Shown here: positions 45,217 to 55,009 of the stretch, piece after piece
Position numbering within the stretch: position 1 is the stretch's first letter
Layout of the letters: the number at the start of each line of letters is the position of its first letter
Virus record (IMG/VR): IMGVR_UViG_3300024239_000014
Coordinates: 62,001 to 126,000 of that record
Strand: one strand, 5' to 3'
Length of the DNA: 64,000 nucleotides
Made by a program: the position numbers and the translations under genes
Notes under the pieces: model-generated
What the model saw: only the letters and a program-made list of their open reading frames with translations
Databases searched by the model: none
What the model was told of the DNA's origin: nothing

Positions 45217-47241
45217 TTACCAGAATACCGACGCTGGCTTATCAGTACCCGTTAACACGGTAACCGTGGACGGTAGTTCGTTATGCGGGCTAATCCCCAT
45301 GGATTCCAATACCACATCATCCAATGCAGAACTGTTACCCATGATGACGTCTACCTGCTGACGACTCCATTCCACCAGATCCATCGACCGTGTGGAAATG
45401 TTCGGTTGACCCTTGGTATCTAACAGGACGTTGACGATATGTACTGGTGAATCCTGATCCAACCGAGCTACACGAGCGGTAGCCTGCTCCACCACGTACT
45501 GGCGGAACGGTTGGTTAAACAAGATACAGGTATTGGCCATCACCAACGGCACTGCGGTACTCAGGGAATCGTACGTCGCAATCAACGGATTGGTTTCAAA
45601 GTCCTGATCGAACTGTTTGACGATCGCAGGGAGATTCTTCACCGTGTCACCGTAGACGACGATCGGTTTATACCCACGATCTTCAAAGTACTTCTTGAGG
45701 TTATCCACCACATCCACGTAGCTCGTAAAAATCACGGTTTTCTTTTCAGACCGGTCTACGAACGTTTCAATCCCCGAATGCTCCACCATGGCTGCAAAGC
45801 AATCGATTCTACGGCGCCCCAGTATGCGTCCTAGCGCTTCGCCGCGGATCTTCAGGTCTACGTACTTCACGACGCTGCGCGCGTCCATAAAGGGCTTACG
45901 GAGCCTGTCAGGCAGACTCGGCAATACCTTCTCCTTCTCGTACTTCGTACAGTACCGCGCAATCTCCTTGTGCAGTACCGGATCAAAACCTTTACGGATA
46001 GTCCTGACGTATTCGTTGTAGCGTTGATAGTCCTGCAACTGTGATCCGTGTAACGTACCTTCATGAATCTTCAGGCACGTGAAGTACAGATCTTCGAATT
46101 CCTTGAAGTGTTTTTTGTAGTACTCAGTACGTTCCACCACAAAGGCCGAGATTTCTATCCGAATCGCATCCAAGGTAAACCGGTCAGCACCGGGGAAACT
46201 GAACTTGTGGTCAATGGTGTCGACCGTCAGGGTCACGACCTCGGCCTTCTCCACTTTAAAGCTAGTCAACCCAATCCGGTTGGCCAGGATGTCGTTAGCA
46301 CGGCTGGCCGACTTGCCAAAGACTTTCATCATGGCCTGTGCGGCTTGGTCGTTAAACAGCGGATCGATGGTGCGCAGGAATGGAATGGCTTCAGAGCCAA
46401 TGGCTTTGATCGGCGTCCCTGACATCCAGGTAATACCGTCAGACTTTGACAGCTTACACAAGTCAATAAACTGCTGGGTGCGCAAGGATTCCGACGTATT
46501 CATGTTGTGGCATTCATCGAGGATGATGCTAAAAGACCGGTCCTGATGCTCACGTACAAACTGCAAAGCAGACGCCAACGATTCGTAATGGAACACTAAG
46601 AACTCATGTTCCTTGGTGGGTTTACCGGGCTTGATGGAGGTCCAGTATCGCGGAACCTCGTGGAACCACACTTCAAAGGTCTTGGACCAAACATCATGTA
46701 CTGCCACTTTAGGGCAAATTACAATGGTGTGGTCTTTCTTGGCTCCCAGTGCCACTGCCAGAGATGAAATGGTTTTACCAGTACCAGCGGCAGATGCGAG
46801 CATGTAGCCCAGCAGACCCATCTTCGGTCGAACACGACTAAAGATACGGAAGTATTCTTCCTGAGCCGGCTTCAAGTTAGCCTTCATGCGCTTGACTTGA
46901 GAAAAATCCAAGGTGTCGTGTTCCACGTCCTGGATCTTACTCAGCCAGGTGTGCTCATCCATCAGTTCGATGATGTGGCGGATGGCACGGACCTTGGTGT
47001 AACGACCAGGATTTTCCATGATCGTCTGCAATGCGTAACGCACTTCAATGGCAAAGAAGGATAAGAAGGTAAAGGAGTTCTTACCCAGGCTCAGGAACAT
47101 GTTGTTCCCAATACGGCTGGTTGACCAGATACGCATCAAATCGGATGAGATGTCATCGGCTGGAATCCCTTCGATGCGGATGATCCCTTTTTCTTCTACA
47201 ACCGTGGGGTTGCCAATCAACCGTTTCAACCCAGAAAACAT
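45217..47241 (-). CDS. Superfamily 2 helicase
   Basis: Walker A SAAGTGKT, DECH, MSGTP, C-terminal VIFT..QATARVARLDQ; start MFSGLKRL. Confidence 0.9.
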   Translation of the reverse strand: MFSGLKRLIGNPTVVEEKGIIRIEGIPADDISSDLMRIWSTSRIGNNMFLSLGKNSFTFLSFFAIEVRYALQTIMENPGRYTKVRAIRHIIELMDEHTWLSKIQDVEHDTLDFSQVKRMKANLKPAQEEYFRIFSRVRPKMGLLGYMLASAAGTGKTISSLAVALGAKKDHTIVICPKVAVHDVWSKTFEVWFHEVPRYWTSIKPGKPTKEHEFLVFHYESLASALQFVREHQDRSFSIILDECHNMNTSESLRTQQFIDLCKLSKSDGITWMSGTPIKAIGSEAIPFLRTIDPLFNDQAAQAMMKVFGKSASRANDILANRIGLTSFKVEKAEVVTLTVDTIDHKFSFPGADRFTLDAIRIEISAFVVERTEYYKKHFKEFEDLYFTCLKIHEGTLHGSQLQDYQRYNEYVRTIRKGFDPVLHKEIARYCTKYEKEKVLPSLPDRLRKPFMDARSVVKYVDLKIRGEALGRILGRRRIDCFAAMVEHSGIETFVDRSEKKTVIFTSYVDVVDNLKKYFEDRGYKPIVVYGDTVKNLPAIVKQFDQDFETNPLIATYDSLSTAVPLVMANTCILFNQPFRQYVVEQATARVARLDQDSPVHIVNVLLDTKGQPNISTRSMDLVEWSRQQVDVIMGNSSALDDVVLESMGISPHNELPSTVTVLTGTDKPASVFW

Positions 47242-47313
47242 AAAGATTCCTCTACCTAAAAATACCTCGACTATAACATGGAACAAGCAAAGATTTAAAA
47301 CTGATTTTGCGAC

Positions 47314-47350
47314 ATAATGGGAGGGTCTTTCGACCCTCCCACCTATTCCG
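47314..47350 (-). terminator. Hairpin with TATGTCG/TATTCCG flanks
   Basis: TGGGAGGGTC-TTTC-GACCCTCCCA. Confidence 0.75.
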
Positions 47351-47353
47351 TGA

Positions 47354-47647
47354 TCACACTTCTTTGATGTTGATTAAAGCGTCTACCAGGTAAGGTCTAA
47401 CCCAGAAACCTCCGGGTTCGTTTGCCCCACAAGCCATGCCGCCATAATCACGTACCAGCTCATACCCGTAATCTTCATCATCAGGCTGGCTTACTGAAAT
47501 GCAGCAATGAATCTCTCCTTCGGATAATTGGACAAACGAAATCGCTTTATCCAACGCCACCGTAGACCCTTTGATTTCAGAAATGACTTGATGAAGTTCG
47601 TACCAGGTGTTGGCCTTGAGCTTTGCGTTCTTCAGCGTCAATGGCAT
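47354..47647 (-). CDS. Small virion-associated protein, paralog of 53110-53400
   Basis: 97 aa from MPLTLKN after GAGG; shares KGSTV..AISF..LSEGE..Y-x-L-x-R-x-YGG..IN-x-x-EV. Confidence 0.75.
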   Translation of the reverse strand: MPLTLKNAKLKANTWYELHQVISEIKGSTVALDKAISFVQLSEGEIHCCISVSQPDDEDYGYELVRDYGGMACGANEPGGFWVRPYLVDALINIKEV

Positions 47648-47658
47648 AACTACCTCTG

Positions 47659-49305
47659 TTAAATAATCGCACCAAAGGCAGTATGCCTTACGGGACCGAC
47701 ACCAATCCAATCCAGCGCCATGACGTCAGCGACTGCCAGGTGTGACCCGACGACCACGACACCGGCTCCAAGGGCCCGTGTTGCGTTAGCGGCTGGAATG
47801 TTGCTGGTCAAAGTTTCAGCGAACACCAATGTGTTATCGGTATCATTGTACACGGAAAACCGTACTTCAGATGACGAAATCACATCAATGTGCAGGACGT
47901 ACCACTTCAACTGTACGATTGAAAATGCAGCACCTATAGTCCTTACGGAGTTACTGGATGCCACGAAGTTACAGTTCAATCCATCTAACTTGATGTAAAC
48001 GCCGTCGACTGGATCGGCTTTGGCTGATGCATCATGCAATCCATTAATCATCCACGCCGTGGTCATCCCTGCGATGGGAATCATAAACCGCGATGTGTAG
48101 TGTGTACCCGGCATCAAATGCAGCTGCGTAGCGCTGTTGGTGATCCTGTAACCAGTGTTTGCAGTTGCCGTGCATCGTAACAACACTACCCCGTAGAAAT
48201 CGGGGTCGGCCGTCACCATTGCTGCCGAGAAGGTATTGGTGACCGTCCCGGAACTAATGGCCGCACCAGTCCACGGAGCTGCCGATGCGTCGAAATCCAT
48301 CCACGAGTACCGCAGGTCGCCGATGGTTTGCCCACCAAGGCCGGCGGGTTTGTTCAGGATGTGTCCAGGCTGACCTGCGGCAGCATTCCAATCTGCCTGT
48401 GCCAATCCTGCTAGTTTGGTCTTTTCTTCATTGGTGTAGTCGTTCGTAGAAAGACCTTTACCGGCAACTACATCAACCTTGCTATCTGGATCAAACGGTT
48501 CTCCAGAGCCGGCTGCCTCTAGTGTATCCAGCCGGCTTTCGTGTTCACCGATAGTTGTGCTGTGAGCGGACAGCTGCCCTTGCTGACCTGACAAGGTATC
48601 GTTGAGCCCACTGACCTGTCCCTGAAGATTACCTTGGCCAGTTTCAACAGCGCTTACCCGACCGACCAGCGCATTGTGGGCGTCTATCTGGTTACCTGCC
48701 GCAGTGGTTAAGTTCCCGACCGTTGTCGATAAATCGCTCAACGAGCTATTGACGCCGCCTGCCCATGTGCTCATACTGCCCAGCGTATTTTCGATACCCT
48801 CGAAGCGTACGTTGTACGCAGATAGCGTGCCCGCAACCGAGGTGTTCGTCAGTCCTTGCGTAGTTTGCTGGCTCTCAAGTACCTCGATTCGTCCAGTGTG
48901 GTTACTGGAAGCGCTACCGAGACCACCTACCGTCGATGCTAACGAAGCTAAGTCACTAAGCGCATCCTCGGCATCGTCAAGACGAGTAGACAGTTCGTTG
49001 AGCGTTGTACTGTGGTCATTGACCGTTTGTGTCAGACCGTTAACTGCAATCGAGATATTGCCGATTAGAGCAACAGTGGCGCTCGACATAAAGCCGTGGC
49101 GTTCGGTGGTTGCCAAGTCGTGTGCCAGCGCTCCTTTAGCCTCGTGCTCACCGGCAGTCATACCTGGCGTAGTACCAGCACCTGATCCACCGTCACCGCC
49201 TCCACCGGTGTTTCCGCCGGTACCGCTACCTGTACCGGGATCAACTGGCTCTACAGGCTCGGTCAGCCCACGCAAACGAGTAAAACGAAAATTGTACAAT
49301 GGCAT
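47659..49305 (-). CDS. Coiled-coil fibre protein with C-terminal beta-sandwich
   Basis: Gly-rich linker, about 190 aa of heptads, KVDVVAGKGLSTNDYTNEEKTKL and QADWN..ILNKP fibre motifs. Confidence 0.7.
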   Translation of the reverse strand: MPLYNFRFTRLRGLTEPVEPVDPGTGSGTGGNTGGGGDGGSGAGTTPGMTAGEHEAKGALAHDLATTERHGFMSSATVALIGNISIAVNGLTQTVNDHSTTLNELSTRLDDAEDALSDLASLASTVGGLGSASSNHTGRIEVLESQQTTQGLTNTSVAGTLSAYNVRFEGIENTLGSMSTWAGGVNSSLSDLSTTVGNLTTAAGNQIDAHNALVGRVSAVETGQGNLQGQVSGLNDTLSGQQGQLSAHSTTIGEHESRLDTLEAAGSGEPFDPDSKVDVVAGKGLSTNDYTNEEKTKLAGLAQADWNAAAGQPGHILNKPAGLGGQTIGDLRYSWMDFDASAAPWTGAAISSGTVTNTFSAAMVTADPDFYGVVLLRCTATANTGYRITNSATQLHLMPGTHYTSRFMIPIAGMTTAWMINGLHDASAKADPVDGVYIKLDGLNCNFVASSNSVRTIGAAFSIVQLKWYVLHIDVISSSEVRFSVYNDTDNTLVFAETLTSNIPAANATRALGAGVVVVGSHLAVADVMALDWIGVGPVRHTAFGAII

Positions 49306-49374
49306 GACGGTACTCCAGGTCAATAACCCGTTACTTTAGAATACTTGAAGATCATAAAATTTCGAATAAGAAAG

Positions 49375-49402
49375 GAGAGGAGGGGCGCTTACCCCTCCTC
49401 TC
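49375..49402 (-). terminator. Hairpin terminator
   Basis: GAGAGGAGGGG-CGCTTA-CCCCTCCTCTC with a pyrimidine tail on the minus strand. Confidence 0.7.
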
Positions 49403-49416
49403 AGTCTACGCCTAGC

Positions 49417-52400
49417 TTAGCTGTGACGTTCCGTCACCGTAATGCCAACCCCTTTACCTGAGGCCGCATTACGCAGATCGCCTGCGTAAATAAGCGCCCC
49501 GAGATTAACTGACCCTGCTTCATTGGGGTGAGTAGAATCAATCAACCAGGAATTGTTGCTGTACACGGAATAATCACCCACAGCAGCAACAGTCGACATG
49601 AACCGGCAATTGTACTTAAGCGCAGTGGTCTCCCAGATACCGCACAATGCGTTAACACCGCCAGTACCTGTGGTACCCTGGGTACCGCCGTCGTTGTTCG
49701 GACGAAGCAGCAGAACGTTAGCGGCACCGACCTTCGATACAAAGACCCCAGTCAACGCATCAAGCGCAGCCAGGACCGTTGCATACGGGTCAGACTTATC
49801 GTTCATACCGCCGTTCAGGATGACGCGTTCGGCGCCGATGGCGTCGCACCATTCGGACCACTTCGAGTCATCGAACCCAGTGATCTTCTGGCTAGCCCGT
49901 GCAAAGTTGGCCAACTGGAAGGCATTGGGCTGCCCGTAGTTCTCAGTGCGACACATTGCGCCGTAAACCGCAACATCGCCGGTGAACTGATCGAACCGTA
50001 GGATGGTGAACCCGCCTGGTACATCTACATCCACGTACGCCAACCCAAGTGTAGCTGCGTAGCAGTTCACGACCAACGGTGAGCCTGGTTGCTGTATCCG
50101 GAAGGTGCCTTGTGAAGGCCCTGCGAGATAAAACACCCTTGCATGATAGTAGGTCGTGTAGCTATTGATCTGGAACCATTCGGTTCCAGCCAACGACGCA
50201 GGTACTGTAGCGATACCGCGCGCATGGGGTGACCAATCTCGACTGGCGTTACCGGCCGCAATGGAGTCCACCGTCTTGATCCCCGTGCCGAGCCCGGAGT
50301 TTGACGTGAAGATGTTCTGGTTCTCACGACCGATAGTGTCCGCACAAAGGAAACGCCCGCCGAGGCGGTTATCAGCCCTCGCACTTTCAGCCAGGTAGTG
50401 CGGCCAAGACCGCAAGTTAGCTACACCAGCAGTCAGTGAATCCAGCCCGACCAGAACTGTTCCAGAGAGCGTGAACGGTTGAGTGATCGTTCGTTCACCT
50501 ACCTGTACGAAGGTTCCTGTATCGTCAGCGATGTATTCAAAGCTGTTCGCAGCATTGGCCAGGTCGGTAAACGTTACCCCACCGATTTCGCCGATGTAGT
50601 TTGTCGCACCGCCAGACACACCACCAATCGAGCCATTAAAATGCAACCTCAACCCAGACACCGCGGCAATCGTCGAACTGCCAATCAACTGTCCGTTGAT
50701 GTAGCAACTCATGGTACCACCACGGCGTGTGAAGGTCAGTTCCGCCAGGGTGTCTGGAGTGATAACCCCCTGACCACCGAAGATGAACCGATGCAGAGTG
50801 TTGCTACCGTTGATCCCGATTAAGAACTCCCAGCCATCTGGTACGTCGTAGTAAATACGCACTGAGTTGGGTTCAAATGGCCCTGTGTTGGCAATCAGCT
50901 GACGGTCTATCGTCGTGGTCCCAAGCGTTACCGGGAACGTTAGGTCAAAGTCACCCGTCGACACCCACGACGGCATGATGACACGATTGGTGGTTGAACC
51001 AGAGAATGCCGCAGCATATACCGGCACATCGACAGTACCTGCCACACCGCTGGCAGTCTGGGTGATACTGCGACCACGACGCGTGGAGATGGTATACGAC
51101 AAAGTCACCGTCCCACCAGCAGTCGGTGTCACCGTCCAAGGACCAAAACCATCGCCGACCACCGTTGCATTTGTAGCCGACACGTCAATGGCGAACAGTG
51201 TTCGACCATCTTCTTCCACAGCACCGGCAAGCAACATTTCTTGGGTTACGACAAACGGCTCACCTACGACCAGGTCTGTCAGTGCAACAGGGCCGATGAC
51301 AGTCGGTACTCTGGGTGCTTTGGCCTGCTTACCGATACCGCTGTACAAGGTAACCGGAGTCAATACGGCGTTAATGCTTGGCAGCGTGAAGTTGTTGTTC
51401 TGCACGTACTTAGCACCATTACCTTCGAAGGTGTAATCGGAGATACTTCCTTCGTTGGTACAATTCACCGCCCACAGTGGACCCAGGGTCGCACTGAAAT
51501 CACTGGCCGATACGCCAGGGCTGTCGCGCGATACCACCCCTACACAGAGCACACCGCCAGAGCTGACAGAGATCACCACATCGCCTGCAACGCTGTAGTA
51601 GTCACCGCCGATCAAAATAGCATTACCACTACCGTGCATGGTGTTAGCGTTATTACTCCCAGACATCGGGCAATCAAACCCGTAGGAGTTGACGTATACT
51701 GCATTCGCACTGGACTGAAGACTGAAAGCATCCAGTCGATGACCGAAGGATTCGCATTCCGTCAGGTATGACACAAACCCGGTGTTGGAACCGGGGTTAG
51801 CCAGAAATCCAGAGTCATCCTGCCCGTGCTGATAACCGAACTCACAACGGTACAGATGGTTGCGGATGCCCACACCGTTGACGTTCGGCATAACCGAACC
51901 ACCATACCAGCTGATGTTCTTCCAGTACAGGTCAATGTTCGACTTACCGATGTAACAACGACGCTGACGGAACACTTTCAATCGAGCATCAGGTACTCGA
52001 CCATTCTTAAGGTGAACGTACAGATTCACGCCATTGCTGTAATAGCTGTTGGGGTTTGCAGCAACATCAGCAAGCGACGTTTGCTTGGTCACCCAACCCC
52101 AGGTACCGAACCTGGTGGGCCATGCTTCATCGCGAACATCGAAGATGGTATTTGACCCCGCCCAAACATACACGTTCGGGTAGGTACCTTCAGGTACGAA
52201 GTTCGTAGATGAATTCAAGAGACCTGCAAAGAACCTGGCTTGGCCGTCGTCGCAAATGAGTCCGCGGAAGTTGTTCTGGAAAGAAACGTCTCCCCAGAAC
52301 CCGTTTTCGTAATCCCCGGCAGCGGCCATCACGATAACACAATCCGCCATACCAGCGGCCGCTGCAACGGTTTTCTTAGGTGAGGCAGGAGTCAGACCGT

Positions 52401-53100
52401 TGTTGGTGTCAACACCGTTAGGTGCGATGTAATACGTCTTCCCATTGGGACGGAACAAGTCAGGGTGATAGGTCGTGGTGTTATCGGCTTTGATCTGGTA
52501 CGGGAACCAGGAGAACTGAGACGGAAGTGCCAGGTTATTATAGACGATGTCGATTGCATTGAACGTCATCGTAGCCAGAATGTTGCCGCCGTGGCCATCG
52601 GAGACGCGATACTGAATAACAGATGACCCAGCAGATGGTGCACTAATCCCCCAGGGACCAGTACCCGTGATCACCGCGTTACCAGACAGAACCACGACAT
52701 CAGACACGGTCAGCGTGTCCCCGTCAGCATCGGTGATGACCGACGTCAGTTCAGCTGCAGAGAGATTCAAGACAGTATTGACGACTGTATTAGCTGGCGT
52801 ATAACTGCCAGACGCGACAGGTACGCGGTTCACCGCAGGGATGGTACCCATCGAGCGAATATACCGTACACTGTACTCGACGCTGATTTCTTTGTTGAAG
52901 TAGGCTTCACCGAGATCTGGAGAACGGGCCGAAGTTGCACCAGAAATATTGACACCGTCACTTTTCCACTGCACTGACAGGATTGTCCCATCAGTCGGCG
53001 GAACAATAGAGAACGCTTTATTGATCCCACTGGCTACCGCAGGCTTCACCTGAGGTCCGCTAATCGTAGGTCGTTCGCCGTGTGCAAACTTGCGTGCCAT
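49417..53100 (-). CDS. Modular adhesin/depolymerase: Ig-like, cadherin-like x2, beta-helix, LamG-like, SGNH esterase
   Basis: DADGDTLTV..GTGPW..YRVSDG; YYIAPNGVDTNNGLTPASPKKTV beta-helix cap; SGNH blocks GLDSLT, NGGMND, DSTHPN. Confidence 0.8.
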   Translation of the reverse strand: MARKFAHGERPTISGPQVKPAVASGINKAFSIVPPTDGTILSVQWKSDGVNISGATSARSPDLGEAYFNKEISVEYSVRYIRSMGTIPAVNRVPVASGSYTPANTVVNTVLNLSAAELTSVITDADGDTLTVSDVVVLSGNAVITGTGPWGISAPSAGSSVIQYRVSDGHGGNILATMTFNAIDIVYNNLALPSQFSWFPYQIKADNTTTYHPDLFRPNGKTYYIAPNGVDTNNGLTPASPKKTVAAAAGMADCVIVMAAAGDYENGFWGDVSFQNNFRGLICDDGQARFFAGLLNSSTNFVPEGTYPNVYVWAGSNTIFDVRDEAWPTRFGTWGWVTKQTSLADVAANPNSYYSNGVNLYVHLKNGRVPDARLKVFRQRRCYIGKSNIDLYWKNISWYGGSVMPNVNGVGIRNHLYRCEFGYQHGQDDSGFLANPGSNTGFVSYLTECESFGHRLDAFSLQSSANAVYVNSYGFDCPMSGSNNANTMHGSGNAILIGGDYYSVAGDVVISVSSGGVLCVGVVSRDSPGVSASDFSATLGPLWAVNCTNEGSISDYTFEGNGAKYVQNNNFTLPSINAVLTPVTLYSGIGKQAKAPRVPTVIGPVALTDLVVGEPFVVTQEMLLAGAVEEDGRTLFAIDVSATNATVVGDGFGPWTVTPTAGGTVTLSYTISTRRGRSITQTASGVAGTVDVPVYAAAFSGSTTNRVIMPSWVSTGDFDLTFPVTLGTTTIDRQLIANTGPFEPNSVRIYYDVPDGWEFLIGINGSNTLHRFIFGGQGVITPDTLAELTFTRRGGTMSCYINGQLIGSSTIAAVSGLRLHFNGSIGGVSGGATNYIGEIGGVTFTDLANAANSFEYIADDTGTFVQVGERTITQPFTLSGTVLVGLDSLTAGVANLRSWPHYLAESARADNRLGGRFLCADTIGRENQNIFTSNSGLGTGIKTVDSIAAGNASRDWSPHARGIATVPASLAGTEWFQINSYTTYYHARVFYLAGPSQGTFRIQQPGSPLVVNCYAATLGLAYVDVDVPGGFTILRFDQFTGDVAVYGAMCRTENYGQPNAFQLANFARASQKITGFDDSKWSEWCDAIGAERVILNGGMNDKSDPYATVLAALDALTGVFVSKVGAANVLLLRPNNDGGTQGTTGTGGVNALCGIWETTALKYNCRFMSTVAAVGDYSVYSNNSWLIDSTHPNEAGSVNLGALIYAGDLRNAASGKGVGITVTERHS

Positions 53101-53109
53101 ACGGCCTCC

Positions 53110-53400
53110 TTAGACCTCTCTGAGGTTGATCTTGATCTCACCGAACGGTGCCTTGAACCAGATGTTGCTTTCACCGGCATCGAATTCGACGCCACCGTAA
53201 CCACGGATCAGGTCGTAAGCATCATCGTTAATCGGTTCAACTGGCGCGATGCAGTAGTAAAGCTCGCCTTCAGAGAGCATGGAGAAGGAGATGGCTGCAC
53301 CGGGATTCACAGTAGATCCTTTCGCAGCGCTCAGCAAGGTAAAGGCATTATACCACTTACCGTCTCCCGGTACAGTGGTATTTTTGACTGTATCGACCAT
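53110..53400 (-). CDS. Small virion-associated protein, paralog of 47354-47647
   Basis: 96 aa, AAGGA SD, same motif set. Confidence 0.75.
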   Translation of the reverse strand: MVDTVKNTTVPGDGKWYNAFTLLSAAKGSTVNPGAAISFSMLSEGELYYCIAPVEPINDDAYDLIRGYGGVEFDAGESNIWFKAPFGEIKINLREV

Positions 53401-53462
53401 GTTACATTCCTTTTGAAAATGAGGGGTGAGGGCGGGTTCATACTGTTAACGAGGCAAAAAAA

Positions 53463-53494
53463 GAGGGAGGGGTCTAACCCCTCCCTCTATGGCG
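53463..53494 (-). terminator. Intrinsic terminator with TATGGCG on the opposite flank
   Basis: GAGGGAGGGG-TCTAA-CCCCTCCCTC, A-run at 53456-53462. Confidence 0.75.
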
Positions 53495-53500
53495 CTTTGG

Positions 53501-54982
53501 TTACACGATCACAGTGAACTTTGATGTTTCACCGGTTTCGATGTTGTTGGCCACGACATCAAAGCGACACTTCGTGGTCAACGTAAACACCGTATGGAAG
53601 TCGTGATGACAAATGGCCAGTTTACTGACTAGGTCATCGATTTCTCTGCGATACGGAGCAAAGTCTTCCTTGACATCAAATGTGATGTCTTCTGAGGCGA
53701 TAAGTGGACAGCGACACACGAGTGTGTAATACGGTTCACTTATTTTTGCAATGGATCTAAGCTCAAACTGTCCTCGGTATACGTTTCTGTGCGGCCATCT
53801 GTACCCTTCCAGGATTTTCCCGTTATTCTCAGGGAACAACGGTACGACAATGGCTTGCCGATCGGCACGCACGTGCGACCCATCGTGCACCATGGTAACC
53901 ATCAGTGAGGAGCTGCCGTAACGACCGCGGACAGCGTTTTCGCTGAATTCAGCGAAAGTGATTGTTTCAGTACTTTCGCTGTCATCGTTCCCGCTTGCTC
54001 CTAACACCAGTTCCTTTAACAGGATATCGGGATTAGGCTTCGCGGTAAAGTGATGGACATCGTGCATCGCACCAAAGGCGATGTCATTCGCATCACCCAT
54101 GCGCATCATCAGCGATCTAGCACCGCCGTGTTTCATGATCAGCGCATGCAGCTCTTTACGGTACTCCTCGTAGACGGCCGTTCGCACGGCCGGGTCAACG
54201 TCGGGCATATGTGCCCGTTCATCCAATTCAAAGAACGTTCGTTTGATCGGTTCCTTTTTCGGGTTAGCACGACACAGTGCCTTGAAGAAGGTACTCCCTT
54301 CCACGGCGAGACAGTACCAGCGCAGATACCGACCCGGACCTTTCCCGAGACGCTTTTCATTGAGTGCCTTGCGAAACATGGCTACCTGGCGTTCGTCAAA
54401 ATCTGGGTAGAGGCGAACATAGGTGTCGATTACCAGCTGCATCTCGTCGCAGGAAAGTCTGTTAAGCGTCATCGCCGGCGTAGTGTCATAGACGCCAACG
54501 CACTCGCCTAGCATTACATTGGCCAGTCCGATCAGCTTCACGTGACCCAGCGACAGTTTGAATTGATCGGGGTCAACAAAGAACCCGAAACTGCTCGGCA
54601 CTTCGTAATTCGAGTGTTTACTGAGACTGTGGTCGGGTAGTGTCAGTTTGCGAGCAGCGATCACCGCGCTGGCGAACGGTTCTTCCAGTTCACTCGGGTC
54701 AGGCCAAGCCACCGGGGTGATGTGAAACAGTTCGCCTTCACCGAGATTGGCTTTAACGACCGACATGTTGCCAAACACATGAAAGTTGTTACGAAAGAGT
54801 TCCCAGTCGTAACGATCACGTACATCCACGGGCAGGCTGGCCAGGAATGCACCATAAACCTTCTTGCCCGGTATCTTGGACTTGACGACATGATCACCGT
54901 CTTTGGGTGAAAAGGTAGCGATCACCTTCTCAAAGTGCGCCTTGAAGATTCGATTCAGATCCAAAAGCGATTGCATAGTCAT
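53501..54982 (-). CDS. Hypothetical protein, N-terminal domain paralogous to the next gene
   Basis: 493 aa; KSKIPG..FLASLP..R..GN..WP..L-x-x-P. Confidence 0.75.
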   Translation of the reverse strand: MTMQSLLDLNRIFKAHFEKVIATFSPKDGDHVVKSKIPGKKVYGAFLASLPVDVRDRYDWELFRNNFHVFGNMSVVKANLGEGELFHITPVAWPDPSELEEPFASAVIAARKLTLPDHSLSKHSNYEVPSSFGFFVDPDQFKLSLGHVKLIGLANVMLGECVGVYDTTPAMTLNRLSCDEMQLVIDTYVRLYPDFDERQVAMFRKALNEKRLGKGPGRYLRWYCLAVEGSTFFKALCRANPKKEPIKRTFFELDERAHMPDVDPAVRTAVYEEYRKELHALIMKHGGARSLMMRMGDANDIAFGAMHDVHHFTAKPNPDILLKELVLGASGNDDSESTETITFAEFSENAVRGRYGSSSLMVTMVHDGSHVRADRQAIVVPLFPENNGKILEGYRWPHRNVYRGQFELRSIAKISEPYYTLVCRCPLIASEDITFDVKEDFAPYRREIDDLVSKLAICHHDFHTVFTLTTKCRFDVVANNIETGETSKFTVIV

Positions 54983-55009
54983 TCCTCTATGTGTTGTTTC
55001 AGCAGGCGA

